From the NCBI GenBank assembly GCA_963665665.1, contig OY762428.1, positions 4,416,001 to 4,480,000 of the forward strand: a stretch of 64,000 nt of DNA. Reading direction: 5' to 3'. Positions within the stretch are counted from its first letter, which is position 1. Each line of letters begins with the position of its first letter. The notes under the pieces were generated by a model. That model was given only the letters and a program-made list of their open reading frames with translations. It was not told the DNA's origin and made no database searches. A program made the translations under genes and the position numbers. Below, one piece after another: positions 48,601-58,101 of this stretch. Origin of the DNA: Candidatus Kapaibacterium sp. Lineage in GTDB: Bacteria; Bacteroidota; Ignavibacteria; Kapaibacteriales; UBA2268.

Positions 48601-49758
48601 CGTGGCGTCTGGTCGGTTGATTTACCCGAACTGAATGGTTACGGGCCGCCTGATGTAACCCTGGCTCCGATTATTGAGAAAACAGGGCAGAAGCCTTCCG
48701 GAAAGATAATTATTCGCTCAAAGCTTAGGTCAGTTTATGATTCTACCGTAGTTGTATTTAATGATTTGCAATTATTTTCAATAGGAGAAAATATTGTTGG
48801 TTCGAAAGATATTGTTTTCGACGATCCATCAGTTTACCCGGATACAACCATTTTCCCTGTAATCCACAAACTAAGGCTCAAATCATATAAAGACGGAAAG
48901 GAATATTTATCCGGGGAATCATTAGTTGATGTTAATATGTTGAAAGATCCTGTAATTACGTATCTTGATTATTTTGACGGTGAACACAACTTCTCCGGTA
49001 ATGGCTTTGAAATAAAATCGATTGAGAAGATTGAAAACCCTGCTGTACATTCGGAGCACCCTTATCCGAATAATGCATATCAGAAATACCTGCTTCTTAC
49101 TCCGATAATTGTTGCTGATACTAATCAGACTGTTGATTATAATGATATAGCACTCGTTGAACCCGGTGACAGCCTGGCGCTGTTCGGGACAGCAGGATTT
49201 TATGATTATGTTGTGCTTGAAGCAACCGTGGATGGTATTGAATGGCTTACTTTAACCGATGGTTACGACTCCCGTTTTGATGCATCATGGCAGGAAGCAT
49301 ATAACGATGACGACCTTATCGGTTCTGACTTATATCGAAGCCACAGGGCTATGTTAACCGACAATTTCAATAAACGCGATACGATTCTGATAAGAATGAA
49401 ACTATTTGCAGATGCATACTCCAATAACTGGGGATGGGCCCTGGATGATCTGGAAATTCAAAAGGAAGGGTATGTTGGTGTAGAAGATGATGTTGATTAC
49501 AGCAAAACAATCAGCGCGTATCCTAATCCCGCTTCGAATGAAATAAATATCAGATATTGGCAGCCAGGATCCGGAAGGTCCCATATTTCGATTATTGATA
49601 TAAACGGAAGAACAATAAAGCAACTGGACAATGGATTTGTTCGCGCTGGATATCAGAATGAAAAAATTGATATCACGGAACTAATAAGCGGTACTTATTA
49701 TATTGTATTGAGAAACGGAACTTTCACGAAAAAAATTAAATTCAATTGTGTCAGGTAA
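45691..49758 (+). CDS. BNR/Asp-box beta-propeller protein with T9SS type A sorting domain
   Basis: Many (S/T)TDxGxxW repeats; C-terminal AYPNPASNEI...ISGTYYIVL...KIKF. Confidence 0.9.
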   Translation: MKKLLIVSYIIFVSIVLYSVSEFISRSANINKQSYSNTKDHQAKDKNESDKYDEPAMFVKYFNEIRKKNGQDRHEYQPGYQIVEFQKALNSKFAIKGDRTLNKLNWIERGPANVGGRTRALWVDPADNTFSTWLAGSVGGGVWKTTDRGKTWENMTPDLPNLATTCLASSKSNPDIIYCGTGEGYQNSDAINGLGIFKSTDRGNSWHHIESSRGFQSINRIVVDHQNPDIVLCCFNNLFTSKGSSARMWNSNESKIMKSTDGGISWEEKHSSGSRRIQQIIAHPENFNILYASVNGLGILKSTDAGETWEESFNVNGESNRMEMAVSPVNPDKIFVSAESGNYSRLYMTTDAGEKWLQTITTSGRNYHWLGSQGWYDNTIAAHPYDENIVYSGGINLFKHLIKSGTDSVLQILDIGLEGESNWLTYFYDGLPFLNGSFGTGPDFWSDDKVVDPNNVSSIEIRFGKDKTQKAYRFTKADGSGKLDGYIYEDFVDVPFEVWDTDHKRKLAVSFVDSDKNGEYNARNNGREYIFVSTYNYSTNIRPELAQDMGTKNSNAYVFSPRLIKNADWTPSEFEDLTLSAKWGYFYSYRKEMAVVTDGYSQYGGPNNNSVIHVDHHNLLPVPTNIANKEFLLLNSNDGGVAYSTDEGNTWTETDEGFYNTSQFYGCDRHPDANEYIAGAQDNGTWVTPDGMEADKSTFYDYAIGGDGFEASWHYTDPNKIIGSSQFNAFRKTTDRGKTWNYAIDGLSDVSYNGGVFISRIAKSQADPDLVFAVGRSGVWRSENFANYWTASNIPDTAWNDGYYHSAQCEISIADPQVVWAGITMSGKHRILVSTNGGLDFNITENYDIATMGRLTGLDSDPSDPNTAYAVFSISKGPKILKTTDLGQSWTDITGFEDGDESLNGFPDVAVFSVLVMPYNKDVIWAGTEIGLFETTNGGQDWHYADNGLPAVSVWQMRIVKNQIILATHGRGVWSVDLPELNGYGPPDVTLAPIIEKTGQKPSGKIIIRSKLRSVYDSTVVVFNDLQLFSIGENIVGSKDIVFDDPSVYPDTTIFPVIHKLRLKSYKDGKEYLSGESLVDVNMLKDPVITYLDYFDGEHNFSGNGFEIKSIEKIENPAVHSEHPYPNNAYQKYLLLTPIIVADTNQTVDYNDIALVEPGDSLALFGTAGFYDYVVLEATVDGIEWLTLTDGYDSRFDASWQEAYNDDDLIGSDLYRSHRAMLTDNFNKRDTILIRMKLFADAYSNNWGWALDDLEIQKEGYVGVEDDVDYSKTISAYPNPASNEINIRYWQPGSGRSHISIIDINGRTIKQLDNGFVRAGYQNEKIDITELISGTYYIVLRNGTFTKKIKFNCVR

Positions 49759-49769
49759 ATTCTGTTAGT

Positions 49770-51452
49770 ATGGATTTGACAAATCTGAATATTTTAGAAA
49801 ACCCTTCGATCTTAGTGGATATATCCGGGAAAATTCTGGATATATCCACCTCTTTTTCAAAATTTCTGTCCATCAGTAATAATTCACTGACAATTTTTGA
49901 TTTATTTGATTTTAATGATGATCATTCATTCAATAACCTGGTTGAAGGCAGGAAATACAGGTGCAAAAATTCGGATATTGAGGTTAAGTTATCTCACAAA
50001 AAGCAAATAACAAATAAGATTTTTAAGATAGTTTTTCTGAATCCAATATCTGATAACCTAAATTTTTCATACGTTTCGGAATCACTTATAAATTCGGATA
50101 TTGCAATGTGTATCACGGACGAATATCTTTCTGTAATTTCGTGCAATGAAAGGTTCAGGAATTATATTCAACTTGAACAGGGTGATAAGATTGATTGTTG
50201 TGACCTATCCGAAAAAAATATTAAAAGCGCTATGGAAGCAGATAATATTGTTAAAAGTGAAGGCCATATTAGATTGCCTGACGGTAAGGATATCTTTTTT
50301 ATCTTTTCTGTAACTCTTTTGGGAAATTATTCTGAAAAAGTCAGTTATTTCTTTTATTTTATTGATATTTCGCACAGAAAAAAGATAGAACGGGAGCTTA
50401 GAGAAAGCGAACAAATGATGAAAGCTATCCTGACTGTTTCTCCTCTTGGTATAGCTTATATTAAAAACAGAAAGATAATTTGGGCAAATGAAGCACTTTA
50501 TTCAATGCTTGAATATGAAGAAGACAAAAGGGGAATAATAAAAAAAATGCTGCACTATCCCGGCGAAAACTTTTCGAAGTCAGCAGCAAGGGAATTACTT
50601 CCACTGATAAATGAAATAACTTACGGGCAATTTGAAACGAAATTACTAAAAAAAGATAATTCTATTCTTGAATGTATGGTTTACACCTATATCGTTGATA
50701 TGAATGATCCTGACAAGGGAAGAATTCTGACGATTATGGATGTTAACGATTTGAAAAAAGCTGAACATCATATACAAAAAGTAAATACTAAACTAAGAGA
50801 ACTTACAAGCTATATTGAAAATGCCATAGAACTGGAAAGAAAAGAAATAGCAAGGGAAATACACGATGAACTGGGCCATGTTTTTACTGTTTTAAAAATT
50901 GAGTTATCCTTGCTTAAAGATCAATTATTCGAAAATGCCGAAAGCCTGGAGCCACTTAACGGTATGCTGAAACTTATTGATGAAACAATTCCTAAAGTTA
51001 GGGCTATTTCCACAAGGCTCAGGCCATCGATAATAGACCATTTCGGCCTTGAAGCCGCAATAGAATGGCAAACAGATGAGTTCATAAAACGAACAGCTTT
51101 GAAATGCAAAAAGAATATCAGCAAAACGGGTATTAAATTTGATAGTGAGAAGTCAATATCTGTATTCAGGATATTTCAGGAAACTCTGACTAATATAGCA
51201 AGGCATTCTGGAGCAGATATGGTAAGTGTTTTCCTTGGGATTGCGAATAATAATTTTATACTATGTACTGAAGATAACGGTATCGGATTGAATGAAAAAG
51301 CTGTTGAAAAAACGATGACACTGGGAATTACCGGAATAAAAGAAAGAGCAAGGGGGATTGGAGGAAAAATTGAAATTATCGGGAAAAAGGGTATAGGAAC
51401 AAAGATATTATTAACCGTACCAAAAGAAATGCTGGAAAAAAGTAATGCTTAA
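49770..51452 (+). CDS. PAS-domain sensor histidine kinase (HisKA_3)
   Basis: IAREIHDELG, FQETLTNIARHS, EDNGIG, LGITGIKER. Confidence 0.93.
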   Translation: MDLTNLNILENPSILVDISGKILDISTSFSKFLSISNNSLTIFDLFDFNDDHSFNNLVEGRKYRCKNSDIEVKLSHKKQITNKIFKIVFLNPISDNLNFSYVSESLINSDIAMCITDEYLSVISCNERFRNYIQLEQGDKIDCCDLSEKNIKSAMEADNIVKSEGHIRLPDGKDIFFIFSVTLLGNYSEKVSYFFYFIDISHRKKIERELRESEQMMKAILTVSPLGIAYIKNRKIIWANEALYSMLEYEEDKRGIIKKMLHYPGENFSKSAARELLPLINEITYGQFETKLLKKDNSILECMVYTYIVDMNDPDKGRILTIMDVNDLKKAEHHIQKVNTKLRELTSYIENAIELERKEIAREIHDELGHVFTVLKIELSLLKDQLFENAESLEPLNGMLKLIDETIPKVRAISTRLRPSIIDHFGLEAAIEWQTDEFIKRTALKCKKNISKTGIKFDSEKSISVFRIFQETLTNIARHSGADMVSVFLGIANNNFILCTEDNGIGLNEKAVEKTMTLGITGIKERARGIGGKIEIIGKKGIGTKILLTVPKEMLEKSNA

Positions 51453-52074
51453 AATATTAATGGCGGATGATCATGAAATTGTCAGGGAAGGTCTTAAAAA
51501 GATTATATCCCGAACCATAGGTATGGATGTTGTTGGCGAGGCTTCGGATGCAAACCAGCTTCTTGCATTGTTAGATAGAATTGAATGTGACATGATTATC
51601 CTTGATATCTCTATGCCCGGTATCGATGGCCTTGAAGCTCTGAATATTATTAAAAAAATCCATCCGGAAATTCCTGTATTAATCCTAAGTATGCACCCGG
51701 AGGAGCAATACGCTGTTCGGACTTTGCAGGAGGGCGCATCAGGATATATTTGTAAGGACAGTGTTACAGAGCAGCTGATTCAGGCAATTGAGATTGTTTC
51801 GTCAGGAAGAAAATTTATATCGCCAAAAGTAGCAGAAAATATTGCCTCTATGTTTGGCACGGAAGGAGACGGGCTTCCACATGAAAAACTTTCTGCCCGT
51901 GAGTTTCAGGTTATGAAAATGATAGCCCGGGGAATGACAGCCACGCAAATTGCAAATGAATTGTTCCTGTCAAGAAAAACAATAAGTACTTACAGATCCA
52001 GAATTCTTGAAAAACTAAATATGAAAAGTAATGCTGAAATGACACATTATGCTATAAAAAATAGTTTGGTATGA
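51445..52074 (+). CDS. NarL/LuxR-family response regulator
   Basis: ADDH, LDISMPG, LSAREFQV HTH. Confidence 0.95.
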   Translation: MLKILMADDHEIVREGLKKIISRTIGMDVVGEASDANQLLALLDRIECDMIILDISMPGIDGLEALNIIKKIHPEIPVLILSMHPEEQYAVRTLQEGASGYICKDSVTEQLIQAIEIVSSGRKFISPKVAENIASMFGTEGDGLPHEKLSAREFQVMKMIARGMTATQIANELFLSRKTISTYRSRILEKLNMKSNAEMTHYAIKNSLV

Positions 52075-52152
52075 AAAAAAAATTAGTGAACAACATGTTC
52101 GTTTATTATATTTATGGAAGATAAATTTTTATTTTTTTATTGCGGAGGTTTT

Positions 52153-53382
52153 ATGAAGAAGATTTTACTGATTGTTTTTACTCTGACTATTGCTTTTTCA
52201 GGTTCATTGCAGGCACAAAAGGATACCCAAAAGGACTGGGGAATATCTTTTAGCGGATATCTTAAAACGGATGTTATTTACGACACAAGAAAAACAGTAG
52301 ATGCACGCGAGGGGCATTTTCATCTTTATCCGGCACCTGAAGTTCTTGATCTTGACGGGGAGGATGTTAATGCATTTTCCGGTTTCAATATGCTGTCAAT
52401 TCAATCTCGTCTGAGAGGAACAATTACAGGGCCTGATGCTTTAGGTGCAAAAACCAAGGGTGTGCTTGAAGGTGCATTTTTTGGTGCCGCAGCCGGAAAT
52501 ATTAATACTTTCAGGCTTCGCCATGCTTTTATTGATCTTGACTGGGGTTCGTCCGAATTACTTGTTGGGCAATACTGGAACCCAATGTTTATTGAAGAAG
52601 TTTTCCCTTATGTTGTTTCATTCAATACCGGTGCTCCTTTTCAGCCTTTTGCAAGAAATCCTCAGATAAGGTTTATCTTAAAACCCGGTGACATGAATAT
52701 TATTCTTGCAGCATATTCCCAACGTGATTTTACAAGTACCGGGCCGGATGGTGCCAGTTCAAAATATCTTCGTGATGCAGGTATTCCGAATATGTTTGCA
52801 GGTTTAAAATATAAAACAAAAGAATTTATTGCTGGTGCAGGAGCTCAGTATAAGTTACTGAAACCCAGACGTCTGAATATGGATACTTTAAAAACTGATG
52901 AAACTATCGGGAGCTTCGGGGCAAATGCTTACCTGAGATTCGATGTTGACGACCTTATTTTCAGAGCAGAAGGTAATTATATTCAGAATGCTACCGACCT
53001 TACTATGATTGGTGGTTATGCTGTAAAAGAAGTTGTTGATGGTGAATATGAGTATGTAAATTTAAATACTATGTCTGCCTGGGTGGATGTTGTATATGGC
53101 AAAGAAATTCAGTTTGGGCTTTTTGGCGGATATACTAAGAATATGGGTGCCGAAGATAATGTGATAATTGATCAGATTTATGCCCGCGGCGGAAATATTG
53201 ATAATATCATCAGGGTTTCTCCCAGGATAGTATTCAATTCCGGAAAATTCAGAGTATCCGGTGAAATAGAATATACAGCTGCAGCTTACGGAAATATTGA
53301 TGCTGAAGATAAAGCAAAAGTTACTGATGCTGAATCAGTTGCAAATATTCGTGCTTTGATTGCTTTCTATCTTGCATTCTGA
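52153..53382 (+). CDS. DcaP-like outer-membrane porin
   Basis: Signal peptide, FSGYLKTD, QSRL, FRLRHAF, terminal Phe. Confidence 0.8.
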   Translation: MKKILLIVFTLTIAFSGSLQAQKDTQKDWGISFSGYLKTDVIYDTRKTVDAREGHFHLYPAPEVLDLDGEDVNAFSGFNMLSIQSRLRGTITGPDALGAKTKGVLEGAFFGAAAGNINTFRLRHAFIDLDWGSSELLVGQYWNPMFIEEVFPYVVSFNTGAPFQPFARNPQIRFILKPGDMNIILAAYSQRDFTSTGPDGASSKYLRDAGIPNMFAGLKYKTKEFIAGAGAQYKLLKPRRLNMDTLKTDETIGSFGANAYLRFDVDDLIFRAEGNYIQNATDLTMIGGYAVKEVVDGEYEYVNLNTMSAWVDVVYGKEIQFGLFGGYTKNMGAEDNVIIDQIYARGGNIDNIIRVSPRIVFNSGKFRVSGEIEYTAAAYGNIDAEDKAKVTDAESVANIRALIAFYLAF

Positions 53383-53404
53383 TTTTTCAGCTTTACATAT
53401 TAGA

Positions 53405-53443
53405 AAAATCCTCATCACAAAAAAGGTGATGAGGATTTTCTTT
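53405..53443. terminator. Bidirectional intrinsic terminator
   Basis: AAAATCCTCATCAC-aaaaaaag-GTGATGAGGATTTT between convergent genes. Confidence 0.85.
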
Positions 53444-53837
53444 ATAATATCTGTCTTTCATTTACAATTTTTTTCAATCTAAGGGACAGCTCCCAAAATC
53501 TGAATGGCTTTATCAGCATATCCGAAGCGCCAAGGCGGAAGATTTTTTCCATTTCTTCTCGGGAATTGATCGAAGTCAGCATTACTACCGGCAAATATGA
53601 TGTTAATGGATCTGATTTAATTCTTTGGCAAAGCTCGTAGCCGCTCATTTTAGCTAATCGGCTGTTAACAACAATAATATCTGGTAAATCAATCCTCAGG
53701 CTATCAATAGCCTTGAAAGGGTCGTCGAAAAGCCGGATTTTAAAACCGGATTTGCCAAGAATAATTCCAAGCATCTCTGCGTCGGAAATCGTACTTTCAA
53801 TTATTACAGCCTCAATATTTAAATTATCATCATCCAT
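53442..53837 (-). CDS. Atypical single-domain response regulator
   Basis: REC fold (PVVMLTS, LIKPF) but acidic pocket and phospho-Asp replaced (IIES, IVVNS). Confidence 0.85.
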   Translation of the reverse strand: MDDDNLNIEAVIIESTISDAEMLGIILGKSGFKIRLFDDPFKAIDSLRIDLPDIIVVNSRLAKMSGYELCQRIKSDPLTSYLPVVMLTSINSREEMEKIFRLGASDMLIKPFRFWELSLRLKKIVNERQIL

Positions 53838-53841
53838 TTTC

Positions 53842-54642
53842 TCACATCATAATCAATATAGAGAAGGCCATAACCGCCATTCCGGCTATCATGCCGTAAA
53901 TTGCTTTATGGCCGTGGTCATATTCCCTGGCAGTAGGCAATAATTCATCCACGGAAATAAATACCATTATACCCCCGACAGCAGCAAATAAAAATCCGAA
54001 AGTTGCCGGAGTAAGTATAGTATGCAATATCATATAACCTATTATTGCGCCTACAGGTTCGGACAGGCCGGAAGAAAATGATAGCCAAAATGCTTTTTTT
54101 CTGCTACCTGTTGAGTAATATACAGGTATTGAAACTGCAATTCCTTCAGGAATATTGTGAATGGCGATTGCAATTGCAATAGGAATACCTATCGAAGGAT
54201 CAACGAGATAAGCCGAGAATGTTGCTATTCCTTCCGGAAAGTTATGTATACCAATAGCCAGTGCTGTGAATAAACCCATCCTGTAAAGTTTTTTATCGTC
54301 TTTAGGAGCATTCATATCCTCTATTTGCTTAGGCTCGTGAGGATTTTCAAAAGATGGAATAAACCTGTCAATTATCATTATTATTATTATTCCAAGAAAA
54401 AATGCACCTACACCGTACCAGGCGGCAGTGCTTTCAGAATATACCTGCTCAAGGGATTCAATCGCTTTTACAAGTATGTCAACAAAAGAAACATATATCA
54501 TTACACCGCCGGAAAACCCCAGGGATATGGCCAGGAAAGCTTTGTTTGTCTTTTTTGTAAAAAATGCAAGTGCACTTCCAATACCTGTGGAAAGTCCTGC
54601 GAAAGTTGTTAACAGCAATGCATAAATAATTGTTTCATTCAT
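53842..54642 (-). CDS. zupT: ZIP-family zinc transporter ZupT
   Basis: [27 protein letters not shown]. Confidence 0.95.
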   Translation of the reverse strand: MNETIIYALLLTTFAGLSTGIGSALAFFTKKTNKAFLAISLGFSGGVMIYVSFVDILVKAIESLEQVYSESTAAWYGVGAFFLGIIIIMIIDRFIPSFENPHEPKQIEDMNAPKDDKKLYRMGLFTALAIGIHNFPEGIATFSAYLVDPSIGIPIAIAIAIHNIPEGIAVSIPVYYSTGSRKKAFWLSFSSGLSEPVGAIIGYMILHTILTPATFGFLFAAVGGIMVFISVDELLPTAREYDHGHKAIYGMIAGMAVMAFSILIMM

Positions 54643-54647
54643 CTGAT

Positions 54648-55211
54648 TTACTTTTTAATTGTAGAATATGCTGAAATTAGTTCTCGGCCTATGCCGTAAT
54701 AGCTACGTCCCGACGAATCAAATATGAAAGGATCAATTTTTGCAATATCAGGCATACCTTTCTTGTTCAGATAAGATTCTTCGCATGATACATCCAATAT
54801 TTCTCCGATAAACTGGGTATGGATACCAATTTCATAAGTATGAATTACCTTGCAGCTCAGGTGCATTGGAAATTCTTTTATGTAGGGAGCATGAACATAA
54901 GAACTTTCCAACGCTGTCAGGTTGAGTTTCTCGAATTTATTCATATCCCTGCCGCTGTAAATACCTGTGAAATCAGCTTCACTAACCTGACTGCCAGAAG
55001 GGATATTAAGAGTAAAAGCCTGGTGTTTCATAATACTGCTGAAGGAATACCTTGATTTTCTCAGAGAAATTGTAACACATGGCGGTTCGCTGCAGCAAAT
55101 ACCTCCCCAGGAAACTGCCATTATATTGGGATTATCATTATCATCGTAAGAACCAATAATAAAAACGGGATGCGTGAAAAGTAAAGTTTTTTTATTTATG
55201 GATTTCCGCAT
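54648..55211 (-). CDS. Flavin reductase-like protein
   Basis: PVFIIGSY...[21 protein letters not shown]. Confidence 0.9.
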   Translation of the reverse strand: MRKSINKKTLLFTHPVFIIGSYDDNDNPNIMAVSWGGICCSEPPCVTISLRKSRYSFSSIMKHQAFTLNIPSGSQVSEADFTGIYSGRDMNKFEKLNLTALESSYVHAPYIKEFPMHLSCKVIHTYEIGIHTQFIGEILDVSCEESYLNKKGMPDIAKIDPFIFDSSGRSYYGIGRELISAYSTIKK

Positions 55212-55400
55212 TATATCTTTCAAAATATTGTTATTTAATAAACATATAATATTAAGGTTTTCCTAACAATTCAGCAAATATTTTTTTCAAATATTCCTGA
55301 TTTTATAAAATATTGAGATATTCAATAATTTATCAATGCACCGATGTTTGATGATATTGCTGCCTTGTTCGTAAGCAAAGAAAGAAAACCTCCCCTATAA

Positions 55401-55580
55401 TCCCCTCCTCCCTGAGGAGGGGATAAGAAATTAAATATCATAGAATTAACTCCCCCTCCTTCGGAAGGAGGGGGCCGGGGGGAGGTAGGAAGGGTCTATG
55501 GTAATGTACCAATGTTCAAATCCATTGCCGCCTTATTCTTCTTCAAAGCCCTCTCCTTCGGGGAGGGTTTGGGAGGGGTC
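55401..55580. repeat. GC-rich REP-like hairpins (CCCCTCCT...AGGAGGGG type)
   Basis: TCCCCTCCTCcctGAGGAGGGGA, CCCCCTCCTTcggAAGGAGGGGG, CCCTCTCCttcgGGGAGGG. Confidence 0.75.
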
Positions 55581-55802
55581 GGAGTCATTGATGCCTTGGT
55601 CGGAGTTATTGACGCCTTGGTCGGAGTCATTGATGCCTTGGTCGGAGTCATTGATGCCTTGGTCGGAGTTATTGATGCCTTGGTCGAAGTCATTGATGCC
55701 TTGGTCGAAGTCATTGATGCCTTGGTCGAAGTTATTGATGCCTTGGTCGAAGTCATTGATGCCTTGGTCGAAGTTATTGATGCCTTGGTTGAAGGCATTG
55801 AT
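55577..55802. repeat. 21-bp tandem array A, ~10.7 copies
   Basis: Unit GGTCGRAGTYATTGATGCCTT. Confidence 0.97.
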
Positions 55803-55808
55803 TATAAT

Positions 55809-56212
55809 CAATAAGGTCAACCAAGCTGTCAGTAAGGTCAACCAAGCTGTCAGTAAGGTCAACCAAGCTGTCAGTAAGGTCAACCAAGCTGTCAATAAGG
55901 TCAACCAAGCTGTCAGTAAGGTCAACCAAGCTGTCAATAAGGTCAACCAAGCTGTCAGTAAAGCCAACCAAATGTTCAGTAAGGTCAACCAAGTGTTCAG
56001 TAAGATCAACCAAGTGTTCAGTAAGATCAACCAAGTGTTCAGTAAGATCAACCAAGTGTTCAGTAAGGTCAACCAAGTGTTCAGTAAGGTCAACCAAGTG
56101 TTCAGTAAGATCAACCAAGTGTTCAGTAAGGTCAACCAAGTGTTCAGTAAGATCAACCAAGTGTTCAATGAGGCCAAATTTTACTACAATAAGGCCAAAC
56201 AGTAGTTCAATA
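55809..56212. repeat. 21-bp tandem array B, 17 conserved + ~2 degenerate copies, inverted relative to array A
   Basis: Unit CARTAAGRTCAACCAAG(CTGT/TGTT); 13/21 identical to the reverse complement of unit A. Confidence 0.97.
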
Positions 56213-56403
56213 CCACCGGCCAGGGCAGTTTAAAGCCCTGCAATCCAAGCAATTAGCCCAAACATCAGGATTCTGGTTCAAAACAGTATTGAAATAAGGA
56301 AATTATCCGGTTCATTGAAACCACAGGATGAGGAATTAAGGCCGACGGCCTGTTCATTGGGGTGGAAGAACTGGGGGATAGGGCCGGAGAAGGAGGTATT
56401 ATG

Positions 56404-56800
56404 TTGTCATTCCCCGACCTGTCGGGGCCAGCGGTGGACAGGTGATTTTCCCTCCTTCCCAAGTTGTACTTGGGAATGAATTTTTCCTGCAAAGTTCTAC
56501 TTTGGAATTATGAAGCTCAGCTTCAAAAGAAAACTGCATTACGAAGTACAACTTCGTAATGAGGGGGAATGTATTAAGAATGGATCCTTCGCTTCGCTCA
56601 GGATGACATGCAGTTTTACCATCGTCAAGTTCAATAGCCACGTGCTTTAGCTCGTGGATAAAGACGCAACGTCCCGAAGACTAAGAAAAAGAATCCACCC
56701 CAGCCTGTCCCGACGTGTCGGGAACTCGCTGCGCTCGCCACCCCTCAACGAGGGGAATTTTCCGGAAATCCACCCCCGCCCTTCGGGCATCCGTCAACTG
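56404..56800. repeat. Mixed REP/MITE-like palindrome cluster
   Basis: CCCCGAcctgTCGGGG, TTCCCAAGTtgtACTTGGGAA, ATTACGAAGTacaACTTCGTAAT, GATCCTTCGCTTCGCTCAGGATGACA, CCCCTCaacGAGGGG. Confidence 0.7.
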
Positions 56801-56903
56801 GAGCGAAATGAATACATCAACTGTCACCATCTGATGAGGGACAGGGGCTTCGACTCTTTACAGGCATATTTATTATCTTAAAGAAGCGGGTTTAAATCAC
56901 TTT

Positions 56904-57785
56904 TTACCAATCATCAGATGAATAAAATTCCCTGCTATATATGTTTGTTGATTCTTTTATTCTGGAAATTTCTAATGAACTTAGATTGTTTTTCCATTTA
57001 CTAATATTTTGCTTTGAGTCTCGATGCAGATTGTCATTTATTTTTGCACGGCTTGTTTCATCAATATATCTGCGTGCTTTTTCATTGAAATCCAGATTCA
57101 GCTTTTTATATAATTTGGCGAATTCCCCAACCGGATTTGTTGAGAGGTCCTCGTGCCGTACAAAAATCCAATTGTTATAATTCTCCTTATATTTAATGAT
57201 CTTATAATGAATGATATTCCAAAGAAGGATTGCATGTTCGATAATATCATTTCGGTTTTCTTTGCAAATATCAAGGATTTCTTTTTGCAGCTTATCAGGA
57301 AGTTCTTTCATCAATTCTTCCTGGTTCGAAAAATGGTTAAAATTATGAAGCCAGTTTTTATTTTTCAATGATTCAGCAAAAGCTGCAGGATGCCTGATTA
57401 AAACAACAACCTGAAAGTCGAAATTCCTGTAAATCCAATCAGCAGAAAACAAAGCTATAGGATCTTTTACAAGTTTTCTTTTGTAATATAATTTCTTTAA
57501 TTCATGTAGTGTCGAATTTGCCAGGGATTTTAATCCGGGTTTGTAATATACTTTGTTTATCAAATTGCTCATGCTGAAATTTAGTTGCGCCTGAAAATAT
57601 TTATATGTGGCTTTATTATTATCCTCTGTTTTTTCAAACCAGAATTTCAACGGGAATTTTATCCTGGGTTTGTGATTAAGATTGAAAGGTTCATAGATAT
57701 ATTGCGTGTCTCCGCCTGCTGACAAGACCCGGCCGGTCCATGTAGATCCTGATCTGTGCGATCCTGTTACTAAGATGTTCTGCAT
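56904..57785 (-). CDS. Sulfotransferase family protein
   Basis: 5'-PSB TGSHRSGSTW, YEPF, LIRHPAA, RHEDL. Confidence 0.9.
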   Translation of the reverse strand: MQNILVTGSHRSGSTWTGRVLSAGGDTQYIYEPFNLNHKPRIKFPLKFWFEKTEDNNKATYKYFQAQLNFSMSNLINKVYYKPGLKSLANSTLHELKKLYYKRKLVKDPIALFSADWIYRNFDFQVVVLIRHPAAFAESLKNKNWLHNFNHFSNQEELMKELPDKLQKEILDICKENRNDIIEHAILLWNIIHYKIIKYKENYNNWIFVRHEDLSTNPVGEFAKLYKKLNLDFNEKARRYIDETSRAKINDNLHRDSKQNISKWKNNLSSLEISRIKESTNIYSREFYSSDDW

Positions 57786-58101
57786 ACTTTCCGTTAATAA
57801 ATTCAATAACAATTCTGTTGCAAATATACATTATTAATTTTATACGCGATAATCAAGTTCTATTAGTCAGTGCGGGGGAGACTATTGATTTGCTTCGCTA
57901 AGGATTCAGACGGAAAATTAATATACCGGAACATACTGATGAATCTGAATAAAAGATATACTTTGGCCTGCATGAATGGAATTGATTCTTTAATCATGTA
58001 AGATTGTATACAACTTTTGTAAATGCGTTTAACAAATCCCTGATTGTCATGCTTTAAATTTGTACCAGTTGATTTTCAAAACAAATATTGGAGATAAAAA
58101 A

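Noticed and set aside
55496-56177. CRISPR array; long ORFs spanning both arrays
   Set aside because: No spacers. Frames crossing the centre give implausible Trp/Leu repeats (LMPWSK, LLTAWLT).
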